DNA of 64,000 nt, from the NCBI GenBank assembly GCA_963803435.1, contig CAWDML010000004.1:160001-224000 (forward strand). The letters run 5' to 3'. Shown one piece after another: positions 60,032 to 64,000 of this stretch. Within the stretch, counting starts at the first letter, position 1. Each line of letters begins with the position of its first letter. A program made the translations under genes and the position numbers. The stretch is from an uncultured delta proteobacterium. Lineage in GTDB: Bacteria; Myxococcota; Kuafuiibacteriia; Kuafuiibacteriales; Kuafuiibacteriaceae. The notes below the pieces were generated by a model. The model was not told the DNA's origin. It saw only the letters and a list, made by a program, of their open reading frames with translations, and made no database searches.

Positions 60032-60820
60032 TCACGGCTCCGACGACTGGTTGAACTTCGCCGCCATCGAGCGGACCCAGGCCCGAGGCGTGAATCGGAC
60101 GCCGGCGACGCCGATGCGGTTGGCGGCGCCGTGAACGACCAGCACCTGACCGCGCATCATCGCGCGATAGGCGTGCGTGGCTACGTCGGCGGCCGAGGCG
60201 ACCCCGCTGCGCTGGAAGAGGCGTGTCTTGTCGTTGCCCGCCCGCGCAGCGAACTCGGTCGCGGTGGCGCCGGGGCAGTGACACGTCACCGATACGCCCG
60301 TTCCGCGCAGCTCGTGGGCGAGTGCCTCGCTGAACGAGATTACGAAGCTCTTGGTGGCGTAGTACGTGGCCATGTACGGCCCGGGCTGGAAGCCGGCCGT
60401 CGAGGCGATGTGGAGGATCCGGCCGCGTTTGCGCTCGACCATCGGTCGCGCGAACAGGTGGGTCAGCGCGACCAGCGAGGTGACGTTGACGTTGATCATG
60501 TCGATCTCGCGATCGAGCTCGAGGTCGAGGAACGCGCCGTTGGAGCCGAAGCCGGCGTTGAGGATGAGGAAGTCGACCGCCAGACGCTTGGCGGAGCACG
60601 CCTCGAAGACCGCCGCCGGCGCTTCGGATCGGCTGAGATCGGCGGGCACTACGTGCGCCGTGATCCCGTGACTTTTGGCCAGTCGCTCGGCCACCGCCTC
60701 GAGCTTCGACTCCTGTCTCGCCACCAGGACGACGTCGTGCCCGTCCTTCGCGAGGAGCTCTGCAAGCTGCTCACCGAGGCCCGAGGAGGCGCCGGTGACC
60801 AGTCCAATCCGCTTCTCCAT
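60032..60820 (-). CDS. Short-chain dehydrogenase/reductase
   Basis: TGASSGLG, LNAG and YYATK. Confidence 0.92.
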   Translation of the reverse strand: MEKRIGLVTGASSGLGEQLAELLAKDGHDVVLVARQESKLEAVAERLAKSHGITAHVVPADLSRSEAPAAVFEACSAKRLAVDFLILNAGFGSNGAFLDLELDREIDMINVNVTSLVALTHLFARPMVERKRGRILHIASTAGFQPGPYMATYYATKSFVISFSEALAHELRGTGVSVTCHCPGATATEFAARAGNDKTRLFQRSGVASAADVATHAYRAMMRGQVLVVHGAANRIGVAGVRFTPRAWVRSMAAKFNQSSEP

Positions 60821-60826
60821 CGGCCG

Positions 60827-60855
60827 ACACTTCCCGCCGAGCGACCTCGAGTCAA
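60827..60855 (-). promoter_or_regulatory. Candidate leaderless promoter of the SDR gene
   Basis: TTGACT-N17-AAGTGT-N6-ATG with no Shine-Dalgarno site. Confidence 0.45.
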
Positions 60856-60886
60856 CCGGGAGGCGTCTCCCCGAGTGGCCGTTCGA

Positions 60887-61228
60887 TCAGTCGCAGGACG
60901 GACACTCCCAAGCGCTGCAGGTGGTGTCGCCGGTGCCGCACTGGGCCCCTCCGGGCGGCGGGAGAAAGCCGCTGATGTAACGGTCGGTGACGCAGGTCCG
61001 CTCGCACCTCACCGTGACGGGCGAGTCGTCGAGGGGCCCGGTCTGGAAGCCGCAGAACTTGGTCTGGACCTCGTGGACCACCAGGTCGGCGCAGATCGGT
61101 TGGGCCGTGATCGCGGACGTATCCGTCACGCCTTCGTCGACCTCGCCTTCGTCCATTCCACCGCACCCGACGGCTGTCGCGCCGAGCAACCCGAGCACCA
61201 GCAGAGAGCGAAGCAAGAGTGATTTCAT
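60887..61228 (-). CDS. Small Cys-rich lipoprotein
   Basis: GAGGAGG RBS, lipobox AVGC and eight further Cys. Confidence 0.75.
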   Translation of the reverse strand: MKSLLLRSLLVLGLLGATAVGCGGMDEGEVDEGVTDTSAITAQPICADLVVHEVQTKFCGFQTGPLDDSPVTVRCERTCVTDRYISGFLPPPGGAQCGTGDTTCSAWECPSCD

Positions 61229-61313
61229 GTAGACCTCCTCGCCCTTCCAGAGGGCTGACGAGGGATATGGAGAGGCGCTCGATGATCTGACATCTCTGTT
61301 CTATCGTGGCGGG

Positions 61314-62830
61314 GTGAGCGCGAGCTTGCGGCTGCCCCTCGCCCTGGGCGGCGACCTCGACGACGCGAGGCGGACGCGCACGAAGGCGGCGCTCCGGTTC
61401 GGGCTGGGGCTCACGGAAGACGAGGTCGAGCGGCTCCTCGCGCTCGGTACCTTCGAGCTCGAGCTGCGGCCGATGGCCGATCTTCAGCGACAGCGCTTGC
61501 TCGCCGGCCTCGAAGGGATGGTCTGGCTGGCGGCGGCTCCGATCAACCACGAGGCATGCCCCAAGCACTCGCGCCTCTCCACCCACGAGATCTGTCCGCG
61601 CTGCGGCGGCCGGACCTGCGGCGCGTGCCGCCACCTGACGAAGCGCGGGTCTGTCCGGACTGCACGAGACGGTTGAATCGCAGCAGGACCTTCCGGAACG
61701 CACGGATCACCGTGCTGATGCTGGTGCTCCTGACGGTGATCCTGACGACCTGGCGGAGCCGCCGCGCGATCACGAGCTGGGAGCAGCCGGTGCTGGTGGT
61801 GCTCCATCCCTTTGCGGTGGACTCCGATCCCGAGACGGCGGCCTACGTGGCCGGGCTGGACGCGCGCCGGTTCGAGCCGGCCGCGCGGTTTCTCCGTGAG
61901 CAGGCCGCGCGCTACGGGATCGAGCGCGATCCGCTGGTCCAGATCGAGCTGGGGCCGGCGCACCAGGAGGCGCCGCCGCTCCCGGCGAGCGAACCGTCGC
62001 TCCTCGACGCCGTCCTCTTCAGCTTGAGGCTTCGCTGGTGGTCCCATCGCTTCGAGTCCGACGCCGAGCTGCCTCCCGCGAACGTCCGCCTGTACGTGCT
62101 GTACCACCGCCCCGAGCCGGGCGCGGTCCTCGAGCACTCGATCGGGCTCGAGCAGGGGCACGTTGGGATCGTCCACGCCTTCGCGGGGGAGCCGCTCGAG
62201 CCGCACAACGACGTCGTGATCGTCCACGAGCTCCTCCACACCGCCGGAGCCACCGATAAGAGCCGGTCCGAAAACCTCCGGACCGCTCGGCGTTTCCTGT
62301 TTCGCTCGTTCTGCTCATTCGCTATTCAAAGCGGCCGTTGTTGCATCGTGCTCGATCGAGTGTTCTGCGAGTGGAAACGCATTGAGCCGTTACTCCCGAA
62401 GCGAGGTCCAAGGCCGCGGGGAGGTCGCCCGCGGGTTGCGGATCGCGTCGTGATGGCAGGTATCGTCTATCGCCTTCGGACAGGGTGCCAGTGGAAGGCC
62501 CTGCCGCGCGAGTTCAGCTCCGGTTCGACGTGCCACAGTCGATTCGCGGCATGGTGCGCAGCAGGGATCTTCACCGCGATCTTCGCTGAGCTGCTGCGGT
62601 ACTACGACAGGAGGCGCGGCATACAGTGGAAGTGGACTTCACTCGACAGCGCGATCGTCAAGGCTCCGGACGGATACGCCGATCCGCAGCGAACCCCGGC
62701 GCGTCCCCAGGCGCAGGCCGAGATCATGGCGGGCATGATCCCGATCGACGACGACGAGATGGTCCTGGCTCGGGATCTCGGCGAATGCGTGGTCGGTGCA
62801 AAGACCGCGGAGGAGATCGGCTGGAGGTGA
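61314..62830 (+). pseudogene. Zinc-finger/TM/zincin-like (HELLH) protein interrupted by an IS5 fragment; additional 1-nt frameshift near 61649
   Basis: CPKH..CPRC...CGAC...CPDC zinc finger, a TM helix and HELLHTAGATDK. The host C-terminus (PDGYADP...AEIMAG...TAEEIGW) resumes after the IS sequence. Confidence 0.7.
62259..62666 (+). mobile_element. Truncated IS5-family element (left end and transposase N-terminal DUF4096 region)
   Basis: Abrupt change in composition starting at AGAGCCGGTCCGAAAA; encodes EWKRIEPLLP..GGRPR..DR..GIVYRLRTGCQWKALP...ST.H.RF..W...LDS..VKAP. Confidence 0.88.
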
Positions 62831-62969
62831 GGATCGGGAGCGAACGACGGATCTTTCGCTCGAAAAGGGTCTGAACACCGCGTTTTCCTCGATCTTCGAA
62901 GGATCCGTCCACCCGTGACGATCGGCAGGAGTTGACGAAGCCGGGCCTCTCGGCGAAGACCGCCAGATC

Positions 62970-64000
<1,031 letters not shown>

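Overview
High-GC (roughly 70% by eye) chromosomal window from a Myxococcota-like bacterium, judged from the MYXO-CTERM motif, many Ser/Thr kinases, Cys/Asp-rich lipoproteins and a Glt-like TPR cluster. From left to right: (1) a surface-protein/signalling operon with a Cys-rich lipoprotein, a TSP3-repeat/MYXO-CTERM/beta-barrel/OmpA fusion, a Ser/Thr kinase, an ECF sigma and a zinc-binding anti-sigma; (2) a lytic transglycosylase, an orphan rplC-rlmE pair, a TonB-family gene and folD-gcvT-SDR-gcvH; (3) a divergently arranged group 1h-type [NiFe]-hydrogenase locus with a Zn-finger-less HypA and no hypF in the window; (4) a ~1 kb CTAG-bounded element with 70-bp hexamer-periodic inverted repeats around a four-helix-bundle gene and an IS1182 relic; (5) a kinase cluster that includes a reconstructed ~1693-aa four-kinase-domain protein with an R-x4-H (HEPN-like) domain; (6) ggt, rnd, a gltC/D/E/F/G-like cluster, DUF4159 and a vWA/GATase-like gene; (7) a zincin-like gene carrying an in-frame IS5 fragment, and the 5' part of typA. 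Seven apparent frameshifts are all single extra-A insertions in CGATC/GATCG sites, most likely a sequencing artefact linked to DNA methylation. I saw no rRNA, tRNA or CRISPR array. Family assignments come from motif recognition only; no database searches were run.
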